Shown piece by piece: positions 13,095 to 24,019 of a DNA stretch of 64,000 bases. The translations under genes were made by a program, and so were the position numbers. The notes beneath the pieces were generated by a model that did not search any database, was not told the DNA's origin, and saw only the letters and a program-made list of their open reading frames with translations. The stretch is from Lama glama (lineage: Eukaryota), in NCBI GenBank assembly GCA_028534125.1, contig CM052821.1, forward strand, positions 54,126,001 through 54,190,000, in the 5' to 3' direction. The stretch's first letter is position 1; each line of letters begins with the position of its first letter.

Positions 13095-14926
13095 TTGAAA
13101 TCATCCATCGAGTTTAATGCATCGTACAGAAGGGAAACTACATCAGCATATTTAAGACAAACACTTTTTCTCTATCCTCACTATCCATTGGACGGTCCTC
13201 CTCGGTCCAAAAAACTAAGTCTCAAGACACATCGGCAGCTACCCCTCCTGGGTCCAACCTTTCATATCCTCCCAGTACATTTTTAAAAAATTTAATTCAC
13301 TCCATCCAAGAAGAAAAACAAACCAACAGAAAAGGAACCTGAAGACATTTACATTGCAAGCCACGCAGTAATGCATAATTGGCATCTCGAGTAACCAATA
13401 TATAAGACATGTGTCTCACAGTTCGCTTTGTTCATCAATAAAAGAATATAAAAATCTTGTTCAACCCAGTGTTGAGTGTATTAAAATAGATCTGTATCGT
13501 ACAGCACAGTTTCTCCCGGAGTCGTGAAAATGACAGGAGGGACCATGGCAGTCTGTGGGATTCCGGCCAGCCTCCTTGCTCTGCACCTGGCAGCGTGTGT
13601 GCGTGCGTGTCGGGGGCCACGTATGCACACGCACACGTGTGTTCAGCGCAATGTGGCACCGTGTGATATGCTGGGGGTGGGAGCCCTGTGGCTCCCAGAT
13701 GCTCATCCTGTTGTGCTAAGTCCCTGGGGACTGGAGAAGCTGAGGGTGTGACGAGCCCGCAGCTTGTAAGCTGGCGGGCACCCTCGGCTCTCGGGGGGGG
13801 GGGGAGACGGCAGGAAAAGGGCCTCTCCGGTCTCCCAAGGCCACCCCTCCCTTCTCCCCAACCCTCACCCCACTTCTTCAAACCCCTCTGGATCCGTCCA
13901 GTTTGGCAGCACCCCGCCCCCGAGGGGTTTCCCGTTGGTCCCTGGCAGCAGAGACCACTGGGAGCAGAAAAAGAAGGTAGCAAGTGTCCCCTTCACATTA
14001 ACTATCTCACGATAAAAACACCATACAAAAATGTAAAGTTTCTTTTTGGCATAGTGTCTGTACTGGCAAGACAAGAGGAGTGGGAGACTTTATCGGCTCT
14101 TCGAAGGGAGAAGACAAAAGGCTTCGGTCGGAAGTTGAACGATTCAACCCAAAATAGAAAACCCACCAAACGCCTCCACGGCATGGCTGCAGCTCCCTCT
14201 TGCCCCAAAACTCCATGAGAAAAAGACAGCGAGAGCAGAACAGGTCCCAGAGTCAGCAGAGGAAGGAGGCGGGCAGCCAGGGCTCTCAAGACGCGGCGGC
14301 GGAGCCTGGCATCCCCCCAGGCGCCTCCTTCACGTTAAACAGCTGCGGGTCGGAACGGCAACACTGACAGCGGGGCAGGGGCGTCTGGGAGGCGGGGGCC
14401 GGGCCTGGCTCGCGCCCAGCGGGCCCCGTGAGGGAGGGCGGCGGCTTCTACCTAGATCTGCTACCCACTCTCGCCCCAGCTACCTCTACTGCTCAGCTAC
14501 GTTGTGCCCCAGCTCCCCGCCCGCAGGACCCCCGGGCCTTCCTCCTGGGGCCTGGGCTGCACAGTCCTCCTGGCCCCTCCGGGGCCTCAGCCCTCTTTCT
14601 CCTGCGGGGGTGGCACAAGGCCGAGGAGACACCTGTGCCCAGAAGCCGGAGGCCTTGGCAGCCCCCCAATAGCCAGGAGCTAACTGTATGCCCCCACCTG
14701 GCTCCTGGGCGTCCCGTCTGAACGTGATGGGTGTCGGACTCCATCCCCACCCGTCCAGGCTCTAGGCTTCTCATCCAGCTCCTTCTCCCTTCGCTCCTCT
14801 GTCTCTGTCTGGTTTTATTTTTGTCTGCAATTCATAGTGTTTATGAATTAAGGCTGACAGAACCCTCAGGTCTTGTGAGCAAGGTCCCAGTGACTTTCCG
14901 TGGGTGTGAAGATGGGTCCCTTGGGG
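13095..14926 (-). other. PHF21B: Probable PHF21B 3' UTR (~1.8 kb)
   Basis: Repeat-free sequence downstream of the stop that becomes U-rich on the minus strand. It ends at an ATTAAA signal followed by a U/GU-rich tract. The 3' end is inferred. Confidence 0.65.
13113..13118 (-). terminator. Candidate polyadenylation signal ATTAAA
   Basis: tttaat on the + strand. About 30-40 nt downstream on the minus strand is TTTGTTTCCTTG (13073-13084), a typical downstream U/GU element. Confidence 0.5.
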
Positions 14927-15145
14927 TCAGTTGTGCCCCTGGGGATGCTGGAGGGCAGAGTGCATGGCGGCTGCTGAGGGCTTGGTCCAGGGCCCAGCCA
15001 GCAGTGGGGCGGGGCTGGTGGTTGTCATGGTGACCTGGAGCATCTGCTCGCCCTGTATCAGTCTCAGGAGGGCCCGCAGGCGGTCCAAGGATGACTGGGT
15101 GCCCCTCTGCCGGGCCAGCAGGCTCGTCTTCAGCTCCAGGCATTT
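14927..15145 (-). CDS. PHF21B: PHF21B last coding exon ([72 protein letters not shown])
   Basis: CAG acceptor (AG at 15146-15147) and TGA at 14927-14929. The C-terminus HPQGHN matches the recalled human protein. Confidence 0.95.
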   Translation of the reverse strand, partial: KCLELKTSLLARQRGTQSSLDRLRALLRLIQGEQMLQVTMTTTSPAPLLAGPWTKPSAAAMHSALQHPQGHN

Positions 15146-15965
15146 CTGTCGGGGGCAAGGAGTCAGAGAGTAGGGTCTCAGAATTCAGCTAGGCAGGTGT
15201 CCTGCGACAGCCACCCCTCAGCCCCTTCTCCCAAAGCCCCTCCCTTCTATTGCAGAGGCCTTCAGGAAACCATGAAGAGGGCCTCACATACACCAGGCAG
15301 CAGCAAAAGTGGAATTAAACAGCAGCCAGACCCACAGGAGATACTTGTTTTACAGTCGAGGGCTGGAGATGGTGTGCGTGTGTGGGAATGTGGGAAAGTT
15401 CTCCCTCGTGCTTGTGACACTGCCGAGCAGACCCCATCTCTCTCTCCTCCTGCTGGAGGAAGCTCACAGCCTGTTTGGGCTCAGCAGCAGCAGCTGTGGA
15501 AGACCTTCCGATCCCTGGCCGGCTTCCCACTCTGTCTCCTGCCTGCTGTGTTCGTGGCTTTTGCTAGCTTTTGTATATATCATGGTGGCACAGGAAAGTG
15601 GTAAGGGCCGATGCCTCAAGTGAGAGTTTCACTCATCTGCTGCTTGGACAGGTAACTGAAACTCCCTGAGACCGTGTCCAAACCACTGAGAGAGGAATAA
15701 TCATGTTATTGAGAGGATTAAATGAGATACTGCATTTAAAGGGTTTTACCAGGACCTGACNNNNNNNNNNNNNNNNNNNNNNNNNNNNNNNNNNNNNNNN
15801 NNNNNNNNNNNNNNNNNNNNNNNNNNNNNNNNNNNNNNNNNNNNNNNNNNNNNNNNNNNNNNNNNNNNNNNNNNNNNNNNNNNNNNNNNNNNNNNNNNNN
15901 NNNNNNNNNNNNNNNNNNNNNNNNNNNNNNNNNNNNNNNNNNNNNNNNNNNNNNNNNNNNNNNNN

Positions 15966-16100
15966 TCAATGTCATCACCACCATCAGTATCATCGTCACC
16001 ATCAGTATCATCACCATCATCACCACCATCACGATCACGTCGCCATCATTAACATAATCATCAAAATCACCACCGTCACCACCACCACCCTCATCTTGCT
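15966..16100. repeat. Degenerate (CAT/CAC)n trinucleotide repeat abutting an assembly gap (N 15761-15965)
   Basis: Directly visible: catcaccaccatcagtatcatcgtcaccatc... Confidence 0.9.
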
Positions 16101-16394
16101 GATCACCACTCTGCAGAGGAGAAATCATCGCGTTCACTTTATACAAGAAGCTGAGGTTCAGAAGCAGTCAGGGCCTTGCTGAGGTCCCAGAGCTGAGAAG
16201 GAGCAGAGCCAGATGCTCAGCTGCTTGATAACTATTTGTGGAACGAGTCACAGAGCTGCCTTCTGCACTTGCTGACTGGCTGAGTGATGCTGGCGAGTCT
16301 GTTTTCTCCTGGGGCCTCGGTAAGCGGACAGTGAAGCTTTGGATCTAGGTCTCGTGGTTCTGAAGGCAGATCCCCCACCACCCACACCACACAC

Positions 16395-16498
16395 CTTCAC
16401 CGCTGAGGCCAGGCGCCGGTCCCGCTCCTCCAGCTGCTGGTGCTCACTCTGCAGCTCACTGCCCCTCTGCAGCAGCTTCTGCTTCTCCTCTTCCTTGA
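16395..16498 (-). CDS. PHF21B: PHF21B coiled-coil exon ([35 protein letters not shown])
   Basis: 104 nt. CAG acceptor, GTGTG donor, phase 1-0. Heptad-like Leu spacing. Confidence 0.95.
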
Positions 16499-16833
16499 CT
16501 GGGGAAGAGAAGGCCATGCCCCCCCAGGAGCGGCAGGTAAGCAGGGGCTGGGCTGTGGTTGAGCAGGAGAAGCAGAGAGAATCCTAGGCCCCCGCCTATA
16601 GACCATTCTGGCTACGGCCTCCTGCAGGAGCCAGCGGCTCTTGCCGGATGAACAGGGACTGGAATTCCAACCCCGCAGCAACCGCCCTGCACACAGGACT
16701 AGTCCCAGGGTCCCCCTTTTCAGAGCTTTGGCTCAGAACAGCCTCCGATGGGCCCCGGGTGAGCCGAGAGGCCTGGGGGCAGGTGGGACAGAGGGGAGTC
16801 AGTGCCCCCTCCCACTTCCCGAGGCTGTCTTAC

Positions 16834-16909
16834 CTGTCTTGTGGGTCACGTAGGAGTGCACGATGGCCAGCATCCCGGTCCAGGGCACACCTTCGTCTTT
16901 CTTTAAGGC
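16834..16909 (-). CDS. PHF21B: PHF21B coding exon ([25 protein letters not shown])
   Basis: 76 nt. CAG acceptor, GTAAG donor, phase 0-1. Confidence 0.95.
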
Positions 16910-18127
16910 CTGGAGGGCAGATGGGGAGCTGAACAAGTGGACAGCCTGGGGCCTGCCCCACCCTGGCTCGCCCTCGGGGAGGCACGAGCTCTTCGGGCTG
17001 TAGGTTCTGGTGTGATCTGGGGTTGGGGCTGCACCTGCCTCCTGGTCTGTCTCACAGAGGCCTCTCAACAGGAGTCGCTCCCAGAGGCAGGAACCTGCTT
17101 ATCGCCAGGTCCCCACGTGGTGCCCGGTGGGAAGCAGGCGCAAGTTCTTCTTAAATGAACGAATGATCATGTGTCTTCTTCCCACGTCCCAGGGACTTCA
17201 GAGCAGTCCCGGGCAAGCCAGCGACAAACTGGGGACTGCATCCCCTCAAAGAGTTGTGACCGCCCCCCCTCCCCCGGCTGAGGCAGTCACAATACAGGGC
17301 TGGTGGCCTCCGGGAGCAGCCCCACAGGGGCACACAGCCGACTGCACCCACCGTCTCCCTCGGTCTCTACAAAACCCAGGATGATGGGAACTCACAAGCG
17401 TTAGTATTTTTTTTTGAAATAAACGTGATTCCCCAATGATTTTTACAAGTAATACATTCTGTAGAAAAGCACACTTTTTAAAAAGCATTAAACAAACAAA
17501 ACACTGATACTTCCCCTCACCCAGCCACGCACAGTATTAACACTTGGAAATATTTTCTCCCAGGTTTTTTATTCTGCATAGTTTTTCCTCAGATAGCTGA
17601 TGAACTACACAGCAGCTATAAAACCTGTTTTTGATTTTTATTTTTTAAAGACATGATCTCACATAGAGAACAACTCCAAAAGAACCACAAAATCCTTGTA
17701 AAAAATCCAGTGATCACATATCTCAGAGAGTAAAGAGCTAGAACCTATTTTACCAACTCCTTGTGGGGAAGCTGGTCTGTTTCCAGCTTTTCCCTTTAAT
17801 AAAGAAAGGCTGAGGGGCTTCTCTGTGCACAGAACTTTGCCTATATTGCCTAGACTCCATTCCCCAAAGCAAGACTCTGGGTTTAAAAAGTGTACAATTT
17901 TTAAGGCAGTGCTTGAGAGTGCCTGCTTCACTGCATCATCACCAGAAGGGAGTGTTACTGCTTTTTGCTAATTTGATAGCTTTTCATTTGTGGGTTGTTA
18001 TCCGTGAGATCAAATGTGTCAACTGGCACTATTTTTGCAGTTTGTGTTGCTAGGCTGGTTCTACCCAGGGGAATCTGGAGTCACTGAAAGTCAGATAGCT
18101 GCAGAGGGACACCTGTGCTCACTCTGC

Positions 18128-18272
18128 ACCAGTGGTCCTCCCCAGCGATGTCTGAGATGGCCATGATGGGGGATGCTATTGGCATCCAGTGGGTGGAGGC
18201 CAGGGACGCTGCTGAGCAGACTACAGTGCACAGGGCAGCCCTCCACAATGGATCATCCAGTCCCAAACGTGG
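18128..18272 (+). mobile_element. MER20-like hAT-Charlie MITE remnant
   Basis: gctattggcatccagtgggtggaggccagggacgctgct...tacagtgcacagggcagccc matches the recalled MER20 core. Confidence 0.75.
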
Positions 18273-18449
18273 GCTGTGGGAAGGCCTGTTCTTCCCCAGC
18301 CCCTCTTCTCCCTCCTCCTCAGCCCTCCCCGTCTCTGCTCATGGCTGAGGCAACCCAAGAAGTGCAGACGGCCTGAGCAGCCTCAGATGCTGTGCCGGGC
18401 GAGGGCCCTGGCGGTACAGGGACAGGGTGAGGGCGACAGCTTCCCGTAC

Positions 18450-18608
18450 CTTCTGCTGACACTTGGGACACACCCACACGCCCTTGGGCGCTGACTTGAG
18501 GGGCGGGTCCAGGCAGCTGAGGTGGTAGGCCCCCGGGCAGGCGCCGCAGGGCTGCAGGTCGGCCCCTCGCCCGCAGGCAGCACAGCGCTCATCGTGGGCG
18601 ATCTCGTT
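18450..18608 (-). CDS. PHF21B: PHF21B PHD finger exon ([53 protein letters not shown])
   Basis: 159 nt. Complete C4HC3 ligand set with the W-x-C-x-x-C end. CAG acceptor and GTACG donor. Confidence 0.97.
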
Positions 18609-19624
18609 CTGCAAGAGAGGGGAGGGTGGAGGCGGGTCAGCCGGGCTGGGGTTGGGGGGGCGGGGGCCCAGGCAGCTGCCACCCCGACCTGCTGGGGACC
18701 CTCTCCTCCGCCAGTGTTTCTCAGCAGCCCTGGGAGAGAGGAATAAAGAAATAAAGGAATAAACCCAGGCGGGGGGCGGTGATGACAGTGTGGGGACAGG
18801 CCTGGAAACTAGGAGGAGGAGCAGCATCCGGGTCTCTTGCCTCAAAGCCAGGGCCCTTCTAGGACTGTGGGCTCTGCAGAGCAGGACTCGGGCTCCAGGC
18901 ATCCCCTGTCCCCGTGGCCGGGCTGGCTGTGTCAGGGTGGCTGTGGACAAATGCTGCCCCAGCAGCCCCGACCTGTGACACTGCAGGGTTATTACTGCCA
19001 GCAGCTCAGCCTAATGGGAGTTTCAGCACCTGTTGCTCTTTGGTGGCTTGACCTTCACTGGCGTGGAGGGCCTGGGAATTTCTCTTAGAATTAGATCTGC
19101 AACTTTGCAAAAAAAAAAAAACTGAAACAGTGAATAAACTCTGAAGCCATGCCCACAAATGAGGTCAGGACCAGCCAACCCTGGGAAGCCGGGTCATGGT
19201 GCGTGCATGGGGAGCTGGGCTCTCGCATGATCGCAAAATCTGGGTGTGTGGGGTGGGACCCTGAGACCCAAGCCCAGTCCCTCACCAGGTGGGGAATGAG
19301 GACCAGAGAGGGCCGGCTCTGCCTGGGGTCACACAGCGAGGCCAGACAGAGCCCGCTGGCGCCCAGCATCAGCTGCTTCCATCCAGGGCCCCTGAGGCCT
19401 CAGTACTGAGCAGGGCCCCTGCTTGCGCCTGTGGGCTGGGCCCTGTGGTGGTGCCGATCGCCAGGCAGGCTGGAAAGTGGACTGGTGGTATACGAAGCTC
19501 TCGGCACCGAGGACAGAACCTGAGGCCCTGAGCTCCACTCCAGGGCAGCAGGAGTGACACTAACCTGGACCGTACGGAAGGCGTGCCCCACCCCACCCAG
19601 CTGCGGAGACCAGGGTACACGTAC

Positions 19625-19647
19625 CTTCCAGCAGGGGTCCTCATTGG
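19625..19647 (-). CDS. PHF21B: PHF21B 23-nt microexon (ANEDPCWK)
   Basis: TAG acceptor and GTACGT donor. Phase 1-0, which is exactly what is needed to join the flanking exons in frame. Matches recalled human ANEDPCWK. Confidence 0.92.
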
Positions 19648-20042
19648 CTAGCACAGGGAAGAAGGGCGGAGAGCACGTTAGTGGGCACGGGAGGAGCACT
19701 GATCAGGACTGGAGTCCGCGGTCCAGCGTGAAAGGGGCTCTCACCCAGGGCATGATGGGAGTATCACAGGCCCCCCGGGGACGCCTGGGTTCTCACCCAG
19801 GGCTCATGGGAGTAAAGGTCTCTGCCCTGGCCTTGGTCAGGACCCGCCAAGGGAGAGGTGCACCGTGGCCCCGAGCTCCCTGAAGAACACGGCAGCAGCG
19901 AGCTGTCCTGTCCAGTGGGGGGACATCACTCCAGGGATCCCTCAGAGTGACTTACTGTCAACTCGTTTTGGGCCGTCACTCACTTCCGTTCTAGTAAGTG
20001 ACGCCAAACCACGTTTTAATGATCACAAAACACAGTTTTCCA

Positions 20043-20213
20043 GGAGGAGGGTATGGCTCACGTGGTAGAGCGCGTGCTCAGCATACACAAAGTCCTGGGT
20101 TCAATCCCCAGCACTTCCTCTAAACCCAGCACCTCCTCTGAAAATAAGTAAGTAAACCTAATAACCTACCCCCCCCAATTTTTTTTTATTTTTAAAAATT
20201 TTTTAAAAAATTA
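20043..20213 (+). mobile_element. Vic-1-like SINE
   Basis: tRNA-Ala-like head, aagtaaacctaataacct tail, and agttttcc TSD core on both sides. Confidence 0.85.
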
Positions 20214-20743
20214 AAAAGTAGTTTTCCTTTCAGTTTCTGGAAATCATACCATCCAGTGGGAAGAATGGCTCCCGTGCATTCACAGTGCTCGACAGTTTAC
20301 AAAGCGCTGTCACGCTCACCACTCGTGTCACTGTCCCAGCTCAGAGAGGCAGTTACTGTTAGGGGCCCATTTTCTACAGATCAGTAAACCAGGGCCCAGG
20401 GCGGTAATGTGGCGTGTTGAAAGCCGCCAAGAGTCCCAGGAAGCAGGCGGTCATCTTCTGCCCTTAGGACTCCTTGTTTCTTTGGCACCATGTGGCCTGG
20501 TTCTCTGCTCAAGGCCACACTCAGGGGTGGGACAGAGGGCAGCCCGGAGCCCCGGGTTCTGGGCCTTGTGCGCGGCCCCGGCCCACACGCCTGCTCAGGG
20601 AGGTCACAGCACGGGGGCCTGTGCCTGGAACGCGCCGCCCGCCAGGAGCAAGTAAGTGGCCGCCGCCGTGGACGAGGCAGGCTGGGCGGTCAGGCCCGCT
20701 GCCGCGGAGGGAGGTGGCCCCGGCCCAGCCCCGCCTGCCTTAC

Positions 20744-20798
20744 CTCTCGCTGTGAGGAACAGGGGCGTGTTGAGATAGTTGGACGCCAGCCGCTTCCT
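20744..20798 (-). CDS. PHF21B: PHF21B coding exon (RKRLASNYLNTPLFLTAR)
   Basis: 55 nt. CAG acceptor, GTAAG donor, phase 0-1. Confidence 0.94.
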
Positions 20799-23098
20799 CT
20801 GCAGGGGACAGAAAACAAAACCAAACCACCAGATCGTGGGGACCCCTCCTTGGCTGCCGTGACCCCGCCCCAGACGGGCTCCCCACGCTGGGCTCTGGGC
20901 TCCAGCCGGCCACGCCCAGCCAGAGGCAGAGCCAGGGACAGGTACGGGGGTGCAGGGGAGGGGACGGGCGGGTTGGCCGGGACAAAAGCCAGCAGAGGCT
21001 CTGCCCCACAGGTGGCCGCGGAGCCCATCCCGGGGCTGCGCCTGCCTCACTCAGGAAGGACGGTTAGGAATCTCTGACAGGGGCAAACGAGTAACAAAGC
21101 TGACATCTGGCTGCCCCCGGCATCTTCTTTCTTAGCCGGTTCTCGGGTCAGGTGGGGAAATGAGGGGTGTTACAGACTGGCCCCACTTCTTGGCATGTGG
21201 TCCAGGAACCCTGGCAACAGAGTGGCCTTGGCGCCCAAAGCATCATGTGTAGATGGAAGGTTCTGGTACATTCCAGAAGGTGGCTTTCATCCTGGGCTTT
21301 GGCAACCACAGGCCATGGGTTCAGACCTTGGTGGTTCGAGATGGCTTTGGCTGTGGCAAGAAGATTGTTCTAGACCTGGATGACAGACTGTAAACATTCT
21401 CTCATGTGGTAGGTCCGTGCTCAGGACCAAGGGAGAGACTCACAGAAGGGCTGCTCTGGGGGCGACATCTGTGTCCAGGGCTCAAGGTCACAGGGCTTTG
21501 TGTTGGCTCTGATTGCTAATCAGGTCACCTGTGGCCATGGCCACAGACTTCGGAGGTCACGGCTCTGCCCCAGAGCAGGGATGGCTCCGTCAGTGAGCAC
21601 AGCAAAGGGAACAGGGCCCTTACTGTACAGAGAACACGCCGTCTCCTTGGGGAGGTGGGGAAACAGCTCAGGGACACTCATACCAACGGTGCCCAGTGCT
21701 GGGGGCACTGTCTCAGGACACGCTTGCTCAGAAAATGGGGGAGGAGGTGAACGGCTATAAAGGTGTGCTCCCCGAGCAGGAGGCGAGCACCGGCGGGGAC
21801 GGGTGCGGGCTAGGAAGCCGGGCGACGCAGGCACAGGGCAGTCGCAGGGCCGAGCCCTTCCTGCTCCGTGGACGCCCTCCTTCCCTCCCACTGAGCCCCA
21901 GCTTGTGAGCCACAGATATGGGGCAACGGGCCCAGACTGACCAAGACCCCGGGGGAGGCGAGCGGGCGTTCTCCTGCCCCTCCTTAGGCCCTGCAGAGCT
22001 GGCGGCCCGGAACGTGCCAGCGCTGGCCTCTGCAGATGCGGCTCTGCTCCAGAGGGCTGCCCCGCTCTGCGGCCCTCAGGAAACGGCTTCCATCCTGGGG
22101 GAAGGTTCTAGGGCCTTTTTCCTAGGAAACCCCAGAGCATCTGGGAAAGGTCGCTGGCAGACGACGCCGAGCTGGCTTCTGGGAGGTGACATCTGGAGTT
22201 TAGCCTAGAATTTTGGACTTGAATTTGCAAGATTTCATTCCGGATTCAGTTCCTCCCTGGGAATGTGAGGATGGGAGGGGCCAAGGTGCTCCCTGGAAGG
22301 CGTCCTTAAGTCCTGACAGTGCATCACGGGCTGGAGTTGGTTACTCTCATCGCGTACCCCCCCCCCCGCCCCGTAGGGCTGCAGTTGACCTTGGGGGGTG
22401 GTCTGGATGGGATTTGGATTGGGCGAGAGTTCCTTGGCGCCTACTTCAGTGCCCTATTTCCCCAGTTTCGGCTATCTGGGGAGCACACACGCTGCCCACC
22501 GTGAGGAAGCCGTGTTGGAGCCGGGGTGCCACCGTGTGAAGGGGACCCGGGCGCAGGGCCAGCCACAGAGAGTTGGGAGACAAAGCTGGGCATGCCAGGC
22601 ACCGTCTCTCAGGTTTCCGCACGGAGGGAATTCAGCTGGAGTTACGGCCGCTCCTCTCCCTCCTCCCACCCCGCTCCTCCCGCGCGGGAGAAGGAACCGG
22701 CCTCGCTCAGTCCCCTCTCTCTGAGCCTCGCAGCCTCCGCCTCTCCACATCAGGAGCATGGGCTGAGCTGGCCGGGCTCCACCGTCAGGCCTGAGTGGTC
22801 CCAGGAGGCCCAGGGGGAGCAGGGTCTGCCTGTGACCAGACCTCATGCCTGATCATGGGGGCCGTTGGGGAGAATCAGGGAGCCGGCCGCCCCCTGCCTC
22901 CAGGCCGCGCGCCCCAGGGCAGCCCGTGGGAGGAACACACCGACATGCTGGTCTCCCGCATCTGGCTCTTACCTGATACTGAACTCAGGAGGTACAGAAA
23001 GAATTATTTGCTGTCACGCCGTGAACGGCGATCCCAGGAGGGGCAAGTGAGGGAGCCCCCCATCCCCCGCCCCGCCCCACACAGCGCCAGGCCCTCAC

Positions 23099-23175
23099 CT
23101 CCGTCTCCAGGAGGCCGCTGTAGGCGGGGTTGGCCGTGCTCCTCCTCTTGCGCTCCTGGCGCTTGCTCTGGATTT
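23099..23175 (-). CDS. PHF21B: PHF21B coding exon ([26 protein letters not shown])
   Basis: 77 nt. CAG acceptor, GTGAG donor, phase 1-0. Contains the basic KRQERKRR motif shared with PHF21A. Confidence 0.96.
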
Positions 23176-23419
23176 CTGAGGAGGCACAGGTGCAACCGTT
23201 ACTGGACTCTTCCTGCCCCGGGGAACCCCGCCCGCGGCCCCTGCAAACCCTGGGCGCCACCGTCCCCTCGCAGAGGGTGGGTCACACTCGGGCGCTGCCA
23301 TCTGACCGGGAGTCCCAGCCCCGCTGCTCCTGTCTGACGCCAGCTCAGCAGACGGCCGCGCGCCCGAGCCCCCCGCCCCCCACGCCGGCCGGGCCCAGCC
23401 CCGCGGCCCCGGTCCTCAC

Positions 23420-23471
23420 CCTCCAAGTGCTCCGTCGTAACCAGGCCCAGCGCTACCATGAAGGCGATTTT
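23420..23471 (-). CDS. PHF21B: PHF21B coding exon (KIAFMVALGLVTTEHLE), PHF21-family conserved block
   Basis: 52 nt. CAG acceptor, GTGAG donor, phase 0-1. Confidence 0.95.
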
Positions 23472-23529
23472 CTGAGGGAAGGAATCGGAGAAGGGTTAAC
23501 GCGGCTTTTCTGTTTTGAGGTTCCTTAGT

Positions 23530-23965
23530 GTGCACCTGATGCCCCTTCTCCATCCCAGGACCCCACCCAGGACCCCCCATCCCATCAGTCGTCCTGTCTC
23601 CTTAGGTCCTCGGGGCTGTGACGGTTTCTCAGACTTCCCTTGTTTTTGATGACCTTGGCCATCTGTGAGGAGTGCTGACCAGGACTCGTGCAGCACGCCC
23701 CTTGATTGGGGCCTGTCTGATGTTTTACTTGGGCTTAGACGGGGATGCTGGGTTTTGGGGGGAAGCCCACAGAGGTGAAGCGACCTTTCCATCTCATCCC
23801 ATCGGGGCCCGTGCCTTGACCGTGGCCGATCGCTGTGACGTTGGCCCCCATCACCTGGCTGAGGTGTGGCGTCAGGCGTCTGTGCTGTGGAGTCACTCCC
23901 CGCCAACCCCGCTGTCCCCACTGTCCTCTTTGTCAGGAAGTCACTGTGCACTGATCACACTTAAG
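23530..23965 (-). mobile_element. L1MC-type 3' end fragment
   Basis: gtttctcagacttcccttgtttttgatgaccttg and flanking motifs of the antisense L1MC 3' UTR. Confidence 0.7.
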
Positions 23966-24019
23966 GAATTGGGGGGGTTTTGGTGTTTTGTATTTTTGTT
24001 TTTGGTTTTTTTTTTTTTG

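Noticed and set aside
14923-14929. Stop-codon readthrough signal
   Set aside because: The context is TGA-CCCC, not the TGA-CTAG motif.
15736-16146. ORF with Asp/Gly/Met/Val repeats
   Set aside because: Translation of a (CAT/CAC)n microsatellite running into an N gap.
19022-19040. RE1 left half-site TTCAGCACC
   Set aside because: No GGACAGC/GGAGAGC right half follows at a usable spacing.
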